DNA of 64,000 bases from contig OZ024740.1 in the NCBI GenBank assembly GCA_964016885.1, positions 119,164,001 to 119,228,000 on the forward strand, in the 5' to 3' direction. Shown here piece by piece: positions 24,690-36,465 of this stretch. The DNA is from Eledone cirrhosa. Its lineage: Eukaryota. A program made the translations under genes and the position numbers. The notes below the pieces were generated by a model, which saw only the letters and a list, made by a program, of their open reading frames with translations, had not been told where the DNA came from and did not search any database. Each line of letters starts with the position of its first letter. Position 1 is the first letter of the stretch.

Positions 24690-25075
24690 AGCAACATCAC
24701 CACTGTCAACACCATCCCTATAGATACCACCAACATAGCCACCACTATCCACACCAACAACAACAGCAATGACAACAAAATCATTAGAAACAACAAAAAT
24801 GACAACAGCAACAATAATGACAACAGTAGCAACAACAACCAAAACTATGAATATCATCAACCTGGTGATGATTTAATTTTCCACCAGAGCAAAAATCCAC
24901 CATGATGAATGGTGCCATCGCCACCACCACAGCAATGAACACTAGTACCACCATTACCAATGCTACAACAAAAAAATACAACAAACAACAAAAGCGGCCG
25001 TAACAAAATCAAAAGCAACAACTATAACAAAACCAATAACAAATTAATAGTACCAACAACAACACAACAGCAAAC
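24690..25075. repeat. Degenerate (CAA/CAC)n low-complexity tract
   Basis: Direct reading; source of the poly-V/L/Q ORFs. Confidence 0.85.
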
Positions 25076-25199
25076 ACTTTTTATCAGACATTGTTACTAA
25101 AAAGAAATAAATCAATTGACACTACAAAATAAAGCACTCGAATTGTCTCAAGCCAAAAAAATAATAAAATTTGAAGGTCGGAATGCAGCACTAATGGGG

Positions 25200-26120
25200 G
25201 TTACCTGAAATAGTGTAAGAAAGGGCAAAAAAGGGACTCTACAATATTGTGTTTCTGTGGGGCTGGTGAGCCAAACCTTCCTCAGTTGTTCAGGCAGAGA
25301 AAGCTCTAAAAGAGTTAATGCCAGATGTGGCACTTATACAATGAGAAAGACAGTTTACCAACATTCAGGTAGGTCCTCTTCAAAAGTGAAGACCTCATAC
25401 AAAAACATTTCTTGGTCTGCCATTGAAGTGTGGAGTTAGTCCTCTATCTAATATATCTTGTGAGGAGAACTGTTAGGCTGAGATATGAACAAGTTGCAAC
25501 AGGTAATCAATATCATATCTAGATAGGATCTTCTGTCAGGAAGTAGATAAGGCTTGCACAGGCTGTCTTCAATTTAAAGTAGCTGGCTACACAGACCACA
25601 AATTAGTGATCTACTCAGTGAACACTGTTACTAGAAGCTTTACACATTACAAAACCTATAGGGGCCAGATTAGTGAATTAGTTAAGGAGGCATTGATGGG
25701 TGCAATTGCCAACAAGTAGTGGTTTACCCTGAAAAATAATTATTAGAGTAAACTCAATAAGGATTGGTAAAGGAGTAGTGATAGAGAAAACTAACCCAGA
25801 GTGTGAGCTAATTAGAAAGATAGATGAGGTTTTAGTAGAGGAAAAGCAAGTCAACTAACATACTTTTGGTGAGATTAACTCTTGACTAGTTCTTCAATAC
25901 AAAGTACAAAGGCTGTGGTGTCAGATCTAGAGCACTTGCTCTTAGACATGAGAGGATAAAAGCTGCTTGATGGGTCTGAGCAACATAGCAACAAATCCAT
26001 AATCTGGTTTTTGGCAGACCCCAATGGCTACATGTTACTCAACCTCAAATGGTTGTGTGTAGTTTTTCAGCCGTTCATTGCTCAACTGTTCAAGAGTGGT
26101 GCTGGGCTGGATTGCACAAT
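25200..26120 (-). mobile_element. Highly degenerate CR1/Jockey-like LINE fragment
   Basis: Minus strand MDLLLCCSDPSS...RSD (APE C-terminal LDL/SDH-like) and faint RT-like remnants; heavily decayed. Confidence 0.35.
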
Positions 26121-27605
26121 GGACTTTAAAGCCTACATACGTAATTAAAATCCTGAATAACTTCATTGATTATGTAATATCAATTACTCAGTAAAATTCA
26201 ATCTTCTAGTATTTTTTTGTTTATTATTTTCTACTTTATTATTTTTTTTCCGTATTCTGTCTGCCCACTTGAATTTTTGTGTGAGCCAGTCACGTCATCT
26301 GAAAAAAACCAGAGAATCAAAAACATAACCCAAAGGAATAAGCAATTACATTCTAGTAAATGTGCACAATCGAAGGAGCCATTAGTTATTGTTGTAGTTG
26401 TTGGTGGTTGTTATGATGGGGGTAGGTGCTGGCAGTGCTTATAATGTGGCAGTTAGTGAAGTGGGTATTCAAATAACTTACATTCCTTTTTTTTTTACCT
26501 TACTTTGCCTTGAGGATATTATTATTATGAAAGATGAAGCAACACATTGGTACAATTTAAATAATAATTCTCAGGAGATTTCATGCAATTCGACAGAGAA
26601 TTGTGGCTAAATAAGCAGTGTTAGCAATGATCTATTTCGTTTTCTTTCTTTCTCAGTTTTCTGAAGAAATGGCTGAGGTGTTGAACAATACTATTGATGT
26701 ATTTTCTATCTAAATATTATTAGTGCTTACATTAAAATAAACATAATATTGTGCCCTTCAAGCAAATTAAAATTATGATAAAATAACTTAAGAACTATCA
26801 ATAGACTTTTTCTTTTTTTTGAAAGTTGAGAAAAATAATTTGGTTATGTAAGATCACTTCTAAAAAGTCTCTAATGTTAGAAATGATTAAAATTCTTCAG
26901 CTATAGTGTTAAAATCATTCTAAATAACCATACGCTAATCACATGAAATACTACATGACATAAAAGTACTCAGTAGAATAGCTAAAAAGACAGAGGGTGT
27001 TCTGTTCTGGGTAGCTCTTGTTTTTTGGGGGTAGGGAAAATCTGATAATTTTGGTCACTTTTGATGTATATATATATATATATATATATTTTTTGTGGGA
27101 CATTGTTGCAGACTCAAGGACTGACCTTGATCATACAACCTTTAGCTATTTTATTGCTTGTTATCAAGTAGACCTCACAATCTTTCTTGTTTCAAGAGGG
27201 CACACTGTAGAATGAAGTAAATTTAGCTACTATTTCTAGCAGGCTGTACAACCTCATAGAAGCTCTCTCTTGTTAGGACAAATGTAAAACATTGGTCTCT
27301 AAGCCGTGAAATCACTAGTTCATGTATTATTACTGTTGTATAGTATCATCATTGGCATCTTTCAGTGTTAAGAATTTGATTCAATGAAATTAACTAAATG
27401 TTCTAAGATGGTTGTATAAACCTATTCTGATTTAATAGACCCCTGACAATGAGGAAATAGGAATTGTGGTTCACCTTGGTTGCTGCTGTCCGAATAAAAT
27501 GATTAAAATAATCAAATTCTTTGATTATTTGGCAGAAACCATATTAAAGGAACAAGAAGAGGATCAATTCTGTGATGTAATTACATATTTGTAGCTCGTT
27601 GTGCT

Positions 27606-27790
27606 GAAATTAAGCTGTGTATTGTTACATGCAGACAAATGTATAACAAATCATTATATACAACACTATGAAATTAAGCTGTGTATTGTCACTTCAGATG
27701 AATGTATAATAAATACATTACATACCACAATATGAAAGTAAGCTGTTTATTGTAACATACAGATGAATGTATAACAAATATATTACATAC
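27606..27790 (+). repeat. 3x ~63-64-bp tandem repeat
   Basis: GAAATTAAGCTGTGTATTGT.ACA..CAGA..AATGTATAA.AAAT..ATTA.ATAC repeated at ~27606, 27670 and 27734. Confidence 0.9.
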
Positions 27791-28499
27791 ATCTAAGGAA
27801 GGAGCATTTACATGCACAATGTTCAGCCAGATAAACAGCCTCTACACAAGATTTATTAGTGGGGGGTGTTAATGTCCTGGGCACCACTTGTCATATAGGT
27901 ACCTTTCTAGGAACAGCCCTGGACTCTCAAGGTCTAAATATGAACTTGCCTCTACACAATCACTTTTACTACAAGGCATAGCAGTCAAATGTCTTTCAAA
28001 TGACAACCTACTATTCTAAAAAAACAAAAAACAAAAAGAAAGGAGAATGAAATTTTGAAATATGTAGTCGTAGATTGACTCTGCTTTTAGAACAGTGGTA
28101 TGGCTGAGACTGGTAAGCCTTTGATCATAGGATAGTAACTGAGGGACAAATTGGGAATCTGACAACAGCTTGCTCAAATTATCAGCCAAATCATTTTCAA
28201 CAATCTCTCTACAAGTGTGAATGAAATGATTACATGTTTCAAGTCCTAAAACCATATGTTGTCATTTCTACAATAATGACAGGATTGCTACAGTTAGAGT
28301 GTATAGGAAGTTATGTAACAGGGAATAAGTAATGCAATACAATGCCTTCAGTATTTACTTTTGTATTTTGGTTGGTCCAAGAGAAAATAACATTTGGTGG
28401 TAGAGGAAGGAAGATAGAGTAATAAAGACAGGAAAAGGAAAAGGAGAAAGTAACTGATTGTCAAATACTGCACATTATTCTGTCCTGTTCATTAACAAT

Positions 28500-28662
28500 T
28501 CTGTCAATCCACTGCTCATGAATTGGTACTTTATTTATTAACCTCCAAAAGTAGGAAAGACAAGGTTGACCCCTATGGGATTTGAACTCAGTGTGAAGAG
28601 AGCTGGCACAAATACTAACGTATTTAATCTAATGGTTCAATACCTCTGCAAACTTGCCAGCT
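28500..28662 (-). mobile_element. Degenerate SINE
   Basis: GGTACTTTATTTATTAACC...AAAGACAAGGTTGACC...GGGATTTGAACTCAG. Confidence 0.7.
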
Positions 28663-30439
28663 GTAGAATTGTAAGAATGGGAGAGGTATTAACAAAAGGC
28701 CTCAGTCATGTTTTCTGAGTAGAAAGAAAAGTAAGATTTAAAAAGAAGAACTGGCATTACTAAGACCAACCATCTCTCGACTATCAGTAATACCATCAGT
28801 GATCTGAGTTATACACTTTTATACCTAGGAAAGTAAAAATGTCTGCAATAAATTTGCAGTTCTTTGAAGATTCAAGATTTACAATCAATAAATGTATTTT
28901 GTAAAGTTTTCTGAATCAAAAGAATCTAGCAACTATGCTAATAGCATTAATAATGAAGTGTCCTTTGGAAAAGAAGACAGGGACATTAATTGTAGTCAAT
29001 TTACTGTACTTTTATTTGATTATTGAAATTTCTGAAGACAGTAATGTCCTTCCTCTTGGAAGCATTTTCTGGAAATAACATTTATAAAGAACAACTTGTT
29101 TCTTTAGACAGATATTTTTTAAATATATATGGTTTATATATGTTTGCATCAAATGGATATGTATATATGTGTCTGAACATGTGAGTGTATGTTTGTATTT
29201 GTGTATATATATTATTCTAAGTAAATCAAGGTACTGACAGTCGTCATGCTGGTACATGCCCATAAAAAATAAATATATACCACTTTTCTCTCATGCATGT
29301 ACATGAAGACCCTCTCTCTTTTAGACACTGAGCTAGGCAAGACTGGTACTTAGCTGAAATGGAGAGGAACCCCCTTTGGGAATTTACTGTATCTCTATAT
29401 CTATTCTACATCTGTACACAATTCGTGGTCTTCCCAGTCACCAAACCATAAATACATCATCACTCTCTCTCTCTATATATATATAAGATATGTATCAACA
29501 TGTTGATTTTCTACTTGTTGCTAGTTCACAAGATACTGTTTAGTATTGCTTAAATGGGTGCCTAGTTGAGTCAAATATAAAATATAAAATTGATAATGTA
29601 TGAAGGGGTGACTAAATATTAAAGGTAAGAGCTTTACTTTATATAGAATATACATAGCACATGCAACAAACAATACAGGTGTGTAATTCAAAATGATTGT
29701 AAAATTCATTAGAAACCTGATGCTTAGATCAATTTAATGTTTAAAATATGTGACTCATAGAAGCAAACTAGACAATGAGAGAGAGCAAGATAGATAGAGA
29801 GAGGGGCAGAGAGATAGAGAAAGAGAGAGAGATAGAGAGAAGTAATGTGTAGTTGTTTAAAAAGATATTGAATTAGTCAAGAGACTACTAAGTAATAGAC
29901 TTTGTCTATATCTGAAATCTTCAAAGGACTGGGTTAATAGAGTGATAGACATCCAACAAAGGAATCAGCCATTCATATTTTGTCACTAATGTTCAGCTGT
30001 GTATATGCCCAAAACAATTAGCTTTCAAATTTTCAATTCATTTCTTTTTTAAATTAAGAATTTCAGAGTTAATTGTTTTAACTATTTATATATAAATGGC
30101 AAAAACTATGGTGGAAAGTCTTAGTTTGTAAACATACATTAGACAGTGGGATCAATTTATTGTTGTAAGCAGCAATAGTACAGTAAAATATGTTTCATTA
30201 GCCTCCAGAATTCCTTGCAACATACTTTGGGTAGAGCTTCAGGAGAGAAGAAGGAGCTGATTACCAGTTTGGAAGTAAAATACTGTTTTCATTGCTGATA
30301 CTCTCTACTTATCCTAACTGTTGATCCCAACTATCGGCAGAAGGAGAAATGATTTAAATTTAGAAACCACATAGATGGATCATATACCACAAAACATCCC
30401 TTACAACTCTTTAATAATTCTACCAAGCTACCATCTTGA

Positions 30440-30560
30440 GACTGTTATTTTATTCATAAACACATGTATAAAAGGCAAAGTTAAACTTGACAGAATTTGA
30501 ACTTAGAGCACAGAGAACTGGAATAATCTGATGCTCTAAGGATTCTGCCAAGCAGTCTAA
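30440..30560 (-). mobile_element. Degenerate SINE
   Basis: AAAGGCAAAGTTAAACTT...AATTTGAACTTAG...GATTCTGCCA. Confidence 0.6.
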
Positions 30561-30739
30561 CCTTAGAAATACTACTTTAAGGAACAGTGTTCCTTGTTGT
30601 TCAATGGATAAAATAGTGTTATCGGACTAACTATCTATTTATATCTTTCTCATCATTTATGTTTGCATATGTGAGGATGAGCATGTGTTAGGGGAATATG
30701 ATGTGAATAAAACAAGTAAGAAGATAACTATTTCATAAT

Positions 30740-31110
30740 ATTCTCTTACTTCATTCTTTTACAGTTTTCAGTTATTCCACTGAAGCCATGCTGGGGGGCA
30801 TCTTGAAAGGATTTAGTTGGCCATATCAACCCCAATACATAAGATTTCATGTTTGGTACTTATTTTATTGATCTCTTTTGTTGAACTGCTAAATTACAGG
30901 ATATAAATAAACATTAATCATAAGCACATACATACTCACAAACACTTGTACAACAGGCTCCCATACAGTCTTCATCTATGAAATTTCACTGACAAAGCAG
31001 TGGCCCACCCAAGGCTGTATTAGAAGACACTCACTCAAGGTAACACACAGAAAGACAGAACGTGCAAAAGTGTGGTTACAAAGTGCACTCCTTTACAAAC
31101 TGGTCATGCC
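30740..31110 (-). mobile_element. Degenerate SINE of a second family
   Basis: TTTTACAGTTTTCAGT..CTGAAGCCATGCTGG..GGTACTTATTTTATTGATCTC..AAGACACTCACTCAAGG layout. Confidence 0.5.
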
Positions 31111-31282
31111 ACTATCAAATAAAACATTTAAAAATGTAATTATCAAGCTTAAGAAATGAAGTATTAGTATGTGGGATTTTAACAGACTTCCTGACTTCCA
31201 TCAGAAAGATCATAAAAAATACACAGTATGTTTGTCTAAGTGTCTAAGTATACCTATCTATCTATATAGTTCTCTCTGTGTG

Positions 31283-31342
<60 letters not shown>

Positions 31343-31648
31343 ATAATGTGTATGCATGCATGTGCATAGTGTGAAATATAGTGTGTGATAAATTCTCACA
31401 AATTGAGTTTGCAACTAAAATTCAATTCCTGGTTGTAGATATTTCATTTGTGTTATTGGAAAAGACATGACTGTCACAATTTCTATTCCCCTGAAGCCAA
31501 TAAGACTGATTGCCTATTAATAGTTGATTTTGATAAAATAAAATGAAGGAATTTATTCTATATTTACTGTACAGGCATTTAATCTATATACAATAGGGCT
31601 TAGGGAAAAATATCAGATGGGGTGTTCTGTATACATACAGCAGTCTTA

Positions 31649-31715
31649 TATATATAATATATTCAGATCTACATATATAATATATTCAGATCTACATATA
31701 TAATATATTCAGATG
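31649..31715 (+). repeat. 3x 23-bp minisatellite
   Basis: TATATAATATATTCAGATCTACA repeated (third copy partial). Confidence 0.9.
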
Positions 31716-32274
31716 AAAACCTTCAATTAACGGAGATTATAATTACAATCAAAAGATAAATGGTATCTCTAGGGATGTTTAAGATTGCAAAATCACAAAG
31801 GAAAAAATTAATAAGATTAACTAATCCAAAATTTGGGGAAATAAAATCATAGAAACCATGACAAATATGAAAGAATAAAGATATGGTTCTGAAACTGTAA
31901 AGACATGTCCAACCCATGCCAGCATGGAAAGAGGTGGTAAAATAACTATGAAGAAAAACAATGTGGTTATACTTCCATCCATTCGACCAACCATATGTTC
32001 ATATTTATCTACCATTATGAAAATAAGTCTGTTTATTCTGTTCAACAAAGTGGCTTCCTGTTTGGGAAAATATGGAGTAAAAGTCCAATGGATCAACTAC
32101 AATAATTAGTTAGACTCTACCATGGGACCATGACAACAGTTACTTTTCTCCTGTGCATTTATATATATTCAATTGAAGAAAGTTGGTTGATTAAAAATCT
32201 TTAACAGCTGTGAAGCACCCCAGCATTTTATTGCAATAAATAAGAGAGATCGTTTTATTCATACATCCTTATTT

Positions 32275-32348
32275 TATTCGTTATACATATTTCAAAGATT
32301 TAAGGTAGTTTTATAATAACTACCTTATGGGTTCCCTACAGACAAATA
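32275..32348 (-). ncRNA. Degenerate hammerhead ribozyme (core mutated)
   Basis: Minus strand TATTTGT-CTGTAGG-...TAAGGTAGTT/AACTACCTTA...-GAAA-TATGTA-TA-ACGAATA. Stems and the AUA site are present, but the core reads CUGUAGG. Confidence 0.55.
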
Positions 32349-32942
32349 TACACACGAGATGTAAAATTCCATAGACATGTTACTAGTTGGACGTATTATT
32401 CACTTCACCGACCAAAGCGCCCCCCCCCCACACACACATGTATATGCACATATATATATATGATTAAATGCTCCTTAGGTAATACTAAGACATGCACACA
32501 GTTTATGTGTTAGTTTTACTGTTTGCATCATTGAATTTTATATGTACAAATTGCTAATAAGTGCTGTTTATCCATGATAGTTGCACTATGATGTCTCATT
32601 AATAGAGAGGTGTAAACAGTTAAGAACACTCCATGTTAGTTGTATCTATCCAGTATAATGGTGGGGATCAAACGTAATGGAGTTATGTATAAAAAAAAGG
32701 TTACAACAGAAGTTACAAATTCATATTTACTATACATATTTTTTATACATGTTACTGTAGTGCCAGGATGGAGCTGTAATGCAATCACTACAGCAGCAAC
32801 TGGCACTTGTTGAGGTGTTTAACTTTGTCAATATTCTGATATGCCCAGTTCCTGGTTGGGTTGTTATTTCGCTGAGGCCCAGTTCCTCAGTGAAATAACA
32901 ACCCAACCAACATGTGTACTCGTCTCTACCACACTAATTCGG

Positions 32943-32997
32943 ACTGCCTGAAGAGGTCACAGCCAAAGATGGCTGTCACCGAAATATATATAGCAGT
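32943..32997 (+). ncRNA. Minimal type-I hammerhead ribozyme, intact core
   Basis: ACTGC-CTGAAGA-GGTCACAGCC(AAAGAT)GGCTGTCACC-GAAA-TATATA-TA-GCAGT: 5-bp stem I, 9/10-bp stem II, palindromic stem III, AUA site after 32992. Confidence 0.85.
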
Positions 32998-33166
32998 AAT
33001 AAATGAAGCCAAATTTTAAGCATTTGACTTATTTATTTTATTTTATCTATCTATATATATATATATATATATATATAATAAGGAGCAGCAACGATGTATC
33101 AATATAACATCATTATGTTTATTCACATATATATAGGTATATATGCATGTATATGAGTATATGTGA

Positions 33167-33239
<73 letters not shown>

Positions 33240-33274
33240 CACATGCATACTCATACACATGCATACTCATCTAT

Positions 33275-33414
33275 AGTTTTAATATAGATGAGATTCTACA
33301 GGACTAGAACTGTTTCATTTTTTAGAAGTCATCAGGAATCTCATCTTAGATTCCTGATGATTTCTAAAAAGTGAAATAGTTCTAGTCCTGTAGAATCTCA
33401 TCTATATTAAAACT
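33275..33414. repeat. 67-bp-arm inverted repeat with a hammerhead-like motif in each arm
   Basis: Arms 33275-33341 and 33348-33414. Each reads AGATTC-CTGATGA..GAAA-(C/T)AG..CTG-TA-GAATCT on its own strand. Confidence 0.85.
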
Positions 33415-33480
33415 GCTATACTCTGCTATGTATTGAGTACCTTACTTACTGTGGTTACCTCCGATTCAACCCGGAATAAC

Positions 33481-33515
<35 letters not shown>

Positions 33516-33680
33516 TATCTTGTGTATTTGTTTATATTTAAGTTGTTTTTATTTATTCATATACTACTACCAGCTTAATGATCTATATTGCCCCTTCCTA
33601 TTTTTACTATTGGTCGGTCAATCTTAACCTTGTTCTTAAAAGGTTATTATTCATACATGTTTTTATATTCTTCAATAAAC

Positions 33681-33820
33681 AAAACTCATTATTTCTGAAG
33701 ACGGCGGGTAGAGAAGACGTATGTATATTTTCTTACTTTGATAATTTGTAATATATTTTACATAGATCACTAATAGAATGAACATACGGAGAACCCCCCA
33801 GAAATGATTGTAAAATAATG
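33681..33820 (+). ncRNA. Hammerhead ribozyme with ~100-nt stem II insertion, 3' side duplicated by a SINE insertion
   Basis: CATTATTT-CTGAAGA-CGGCGGGT...ACCCCCCA-GAAA-TGATTG-TA-AAATAATG. The full 14-bp stem I AAAACTCATTATTT/AAATAATGAGTTTT is completed by 34049-34062 beyond the SINE. Confidence 0.65.
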
Positions 33821-34035
33821 GTTTCTTATATAGGCACAAGGTCAGTAATTTGGGGGGAGAGGAAAGTCGATTAAATCGACCCCAGTGCGTGACTGGTACT
33901 TTATTTTATCGACCCCATAAGGATGAAAGGCAAAGTTAACCGCGGCGGGATTTGAGCTCAGATCATAAAGAGCCGTAACTCTATGTTGCAGAGCATGGCG
34001 TCCGACCCTCTACCGATACTGCCAATCCACCGCCC
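33821..34035 (-). mobile_element. Full-length tRNA-derived SINE with ~20-bp TSD
   Basis: Head GGGCGGTGGATTGGCAGTATCGG, B-box-like motif and core on the minus strand; flanks (G/C)AAA(T/C)GA(T/A)TGTAAAATAATG at 33801 and 34037. Confidence 0.92.
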
Positions 34036-34114
34036 TCAAACGAATGTAAAATAATGAGTTTTACTATGAATTACCCGTATTTTGTTTAATTTCATTGTTT
34101 TCACTATTTGTATT

Positions 34115-34250
34115 ATATATATATATATACATATTAAAATAACAGATTAAAGTTTAAGCAAAGAATCGCTGCTTTCACCCTTAACGGGATCTTCTGAAAC
34201 ATAAAAAATCAATCTGTGAACGTAGAAGTAAATATTTCGAAAAACGTTAC
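34115..34250 (-). mobile_element. Fragment of the 9102-10152 Helitron family
   Basis: Reverse complement of ~9283-9410 (AACAGATTAAAGTTTAAGCAAAGAAT...GTAAATATTTCGAAAA). Confidence 0.85.
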
Positions 34251-34251
34251 A

Positions 34252-34305
<54 letters not shown>

Positions 34306-34399
34306 GCACTATATATACAAACACACACTGCTACGTCATAATGTAGTAATGCAGACAGCCAGTCATACAGACAGATATTATAAGGGCGCAACGTTATAT

Positions 34400-34617
34400 C
34401 TATGTATCTATCTAAAAAGAGAAAGACTAAGAATTATAGAGAGAGATCGCTAAATGCGGTCCCTAGGGCATTGAACATTTGAAATTTCGTTTGCTCAAAA
34501 CACTCACAGGCCCATAAGTATTACATGTGTAAAATTTGAAAACAATCGGTTGGGTGGTTCTCGAGTTTTAGTGATCAGACAGACAGACAGAAAGACATTC
34601 TGTTTTAGATATATAGA
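34400..34617 (-). mobile_element. Helitron-like 5' terminal fragment
   Basis: Minus strand begins A|TCTATATATCTAAAACAG, then (CTGT)n and CCGATTGTTTTCAAATTTTACAC, typical of non-autonomous Helitron 5' ends; no 3' end seen. Confidence 0.6.
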
Positions 34618-34699
34618 TGACTTTTACTGTTTGGTACTGTCTTGTCAATTGTAAATGGGATTTAAACATTTTTAACTGTCTCCAGGAATAAGTTACTGG

Positions 34700-35270
34700 T
34701 ACAGTATTTCGTTTTAAAAGAAGAACTCCAAGATAAGAAAATACTACTTGGACAGTACCCAACGATGTTAATAGATAAGAGAATAGATTGTGCCAAAGCA
34801 ATAGATATCCAAGAACTACAAAGAATAAAATACACACCCAATATCCTACATTTATCATAACACACAATCCCAGAAATACAAATACATACAACATATACAT
34901 GATTATCTACTAGAAATTCGACTATTCGGATGAGAACCTATAATGAAAACAGCACTCGAAATACACAAAATAATCAAAAGCAAAAGGCAGCCAAAATTTC
35001 TTCAAAAGCTAATCACGAGTGTCAAATTACCCACCACGAACCCAACAGCAACATTCAAAACAACTGCGGTCACCATAATTGCAGGACTTGGATCGACCTT
35101 CTGAAGAAAACATTGTATAAATTTAAATCAGGACAAATTTTAACATAAACAATAATTTCACATGTTCAGCAAAAATATTTATACATTCTAATAAGAGTAA
35201 AAGATGTAATGATGACTACATAGGACAAACAAAGCATATCCTGAGAAACATAATGACAATTTATCGACTA
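34700..35270 (+). mobile_element. Penelope-like element relic (RT thumb, Cys linker, GIY-YIG endonuclease)
   Basis: Frameshifted QYPTMLIDKRIDCAKAIDIQELQR..THNPRN..CGHHNCRTW..YKFKSGQ..NNFTCSAK..RCNDDYIGQTKHILRNIMTIYR. Confidence 0.8.
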
Positions 35271-36010
35271 GCACCACTTTGCATGTTTTTTCACAGCCTC
35301 ACAACCCCAGAGTGGAGCCTGGCTCCATGCCTTACCCTCCTTCTCTACTAGTATGCAGCTGGACAATGATAGCCTGCACATCAGGATTTCCCTGAGGCTT
35401 GGCCTCCGGATCTGTGAGTCACACAAATGGCACTGCAGATTCACTGTGGACTCTTTGGCCTCCACCCGCTTTCCTGTCGCTGTAGTGCTGGCAACCTTCC
35501 ATGCCATGCTGCCCTCAACGAGGCCATAAAACATGGCTTAGATGCTGCAGTCTTCCCCTCCCAGCTCGAGCCAGTAAGGCTAGACTGGGGGGAAGGCAAA
35601 AGGCCAGATGGTTTGACCATCTTCCCATTCTGTGGGTGTAAACCCCTCGTCTGGGATGCCACTTGCAGCGATTCATTCTCCAGTGGCAACCTGGTGCAGT
35701 CTGTGACTAACCCAGGCTCTGCTGCATTTCGGGCTGAGGAAGGTAAACTCTCCAAGTATCGGTAGCTCTTCGACAGATTTGCAGTCGAGCTCCTAGCAGT
35801 GGGTTTCTGGTGTCCTTGACCCTAGGCTACCTTGATAATTACCACCATAGATGCTGAGCTGGCTAGCCACAGGTGTGAGCCTCATGAGATGGAATGGCTC
35901 TTCCAGCACATCTCCCTTACCATCCTCCCAGAAAATGCCTTCTCCATTCTGTCTGCCAGGACCGTGGGGCAACCAGCACGTGGGACCACTTTTGCTCATA
36001 ATAGAGAGAG
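35270..36010 (+). mobile_element. CRE-clade non-LTR retrotransposon 3' fragment (zinc knuckle + RLE)
   Basis: ORF 35427-35765 GLHPLSC...HAALNEAIK...LEP..GKRPDGLTIFPF..PLVWDATC...AAFRAEEGKLSKY, the RPDG..WDxT..K signature of CRE-type endonucleases; GC-rich block. Confidence 0.8.
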
Positions 36011-36159
36011 GTGGGAGGGCGAGAGAGATGGAGGCAATGACAGTGTGATTTCGGCTCTTATGTATTCGAACCTGGTTTGCAGGGCTGTTTTCCCGTAAGG
36101 ATGTAGTGATTCATCTACTGTTATCAAGTGCGCTGCCTACCAGTCATTGCGGGACTTGA

Positions 36160-36465
36160 AGATACATCGTATACATTTAAATCAGGACATTTTTTACTGT
36201 AAAAAATAATTGCAAATATTCATCAAAATAATGTATGCATGCGAATAAGTGTAAAGGATATAACAAAGACTTCATAGGACGAACAACATTTATCCTCAGA
36301 AACAGAAATACTATTCATCGTTAACTGATAGATTCCACTGAGTGGGGATCTAGTCTTATGTGCAACAAATATGTCCTACAGATACAATACCCCAGACCAA
36401 ATATGAATATATAAAGAAAATATATTTATACACAAACAAAAATCATGACTGAATAAACTTTAACT
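36160..36465 (+). mobile_element. Second Penelope GIY-YIG segment and ORF end
   Basis: YTFKSGHFFTVKNNC..KCKGYNKDFIGRTTFILRNRNTIHR...KENIFIHKQKS*LN; a diverged direct repeat of 35110-35268. Confidence 0.72.

Noticed and set aside
24467-24984. MADTKVSF... and poly-Q/H/V ORFs
   Set aside because: Run into degenerate CAA/CAC repeats; no splice or homology support.
26200-26310. Minus-strand acceptor TTTTTTTCAG followed by a short frame (DVTGSHKNSSGQTEYG)
   Set aside because: Short and unrecognisable; cannot be supported without RNA-seq.
27606-27790. CRISPR-like regular repeats (also the 57492-57980 repeat/SINE alternation)
   Set aside because: Whole units are repeated with no unique spacers, there are no cas genes, and the context is eukaryotic.
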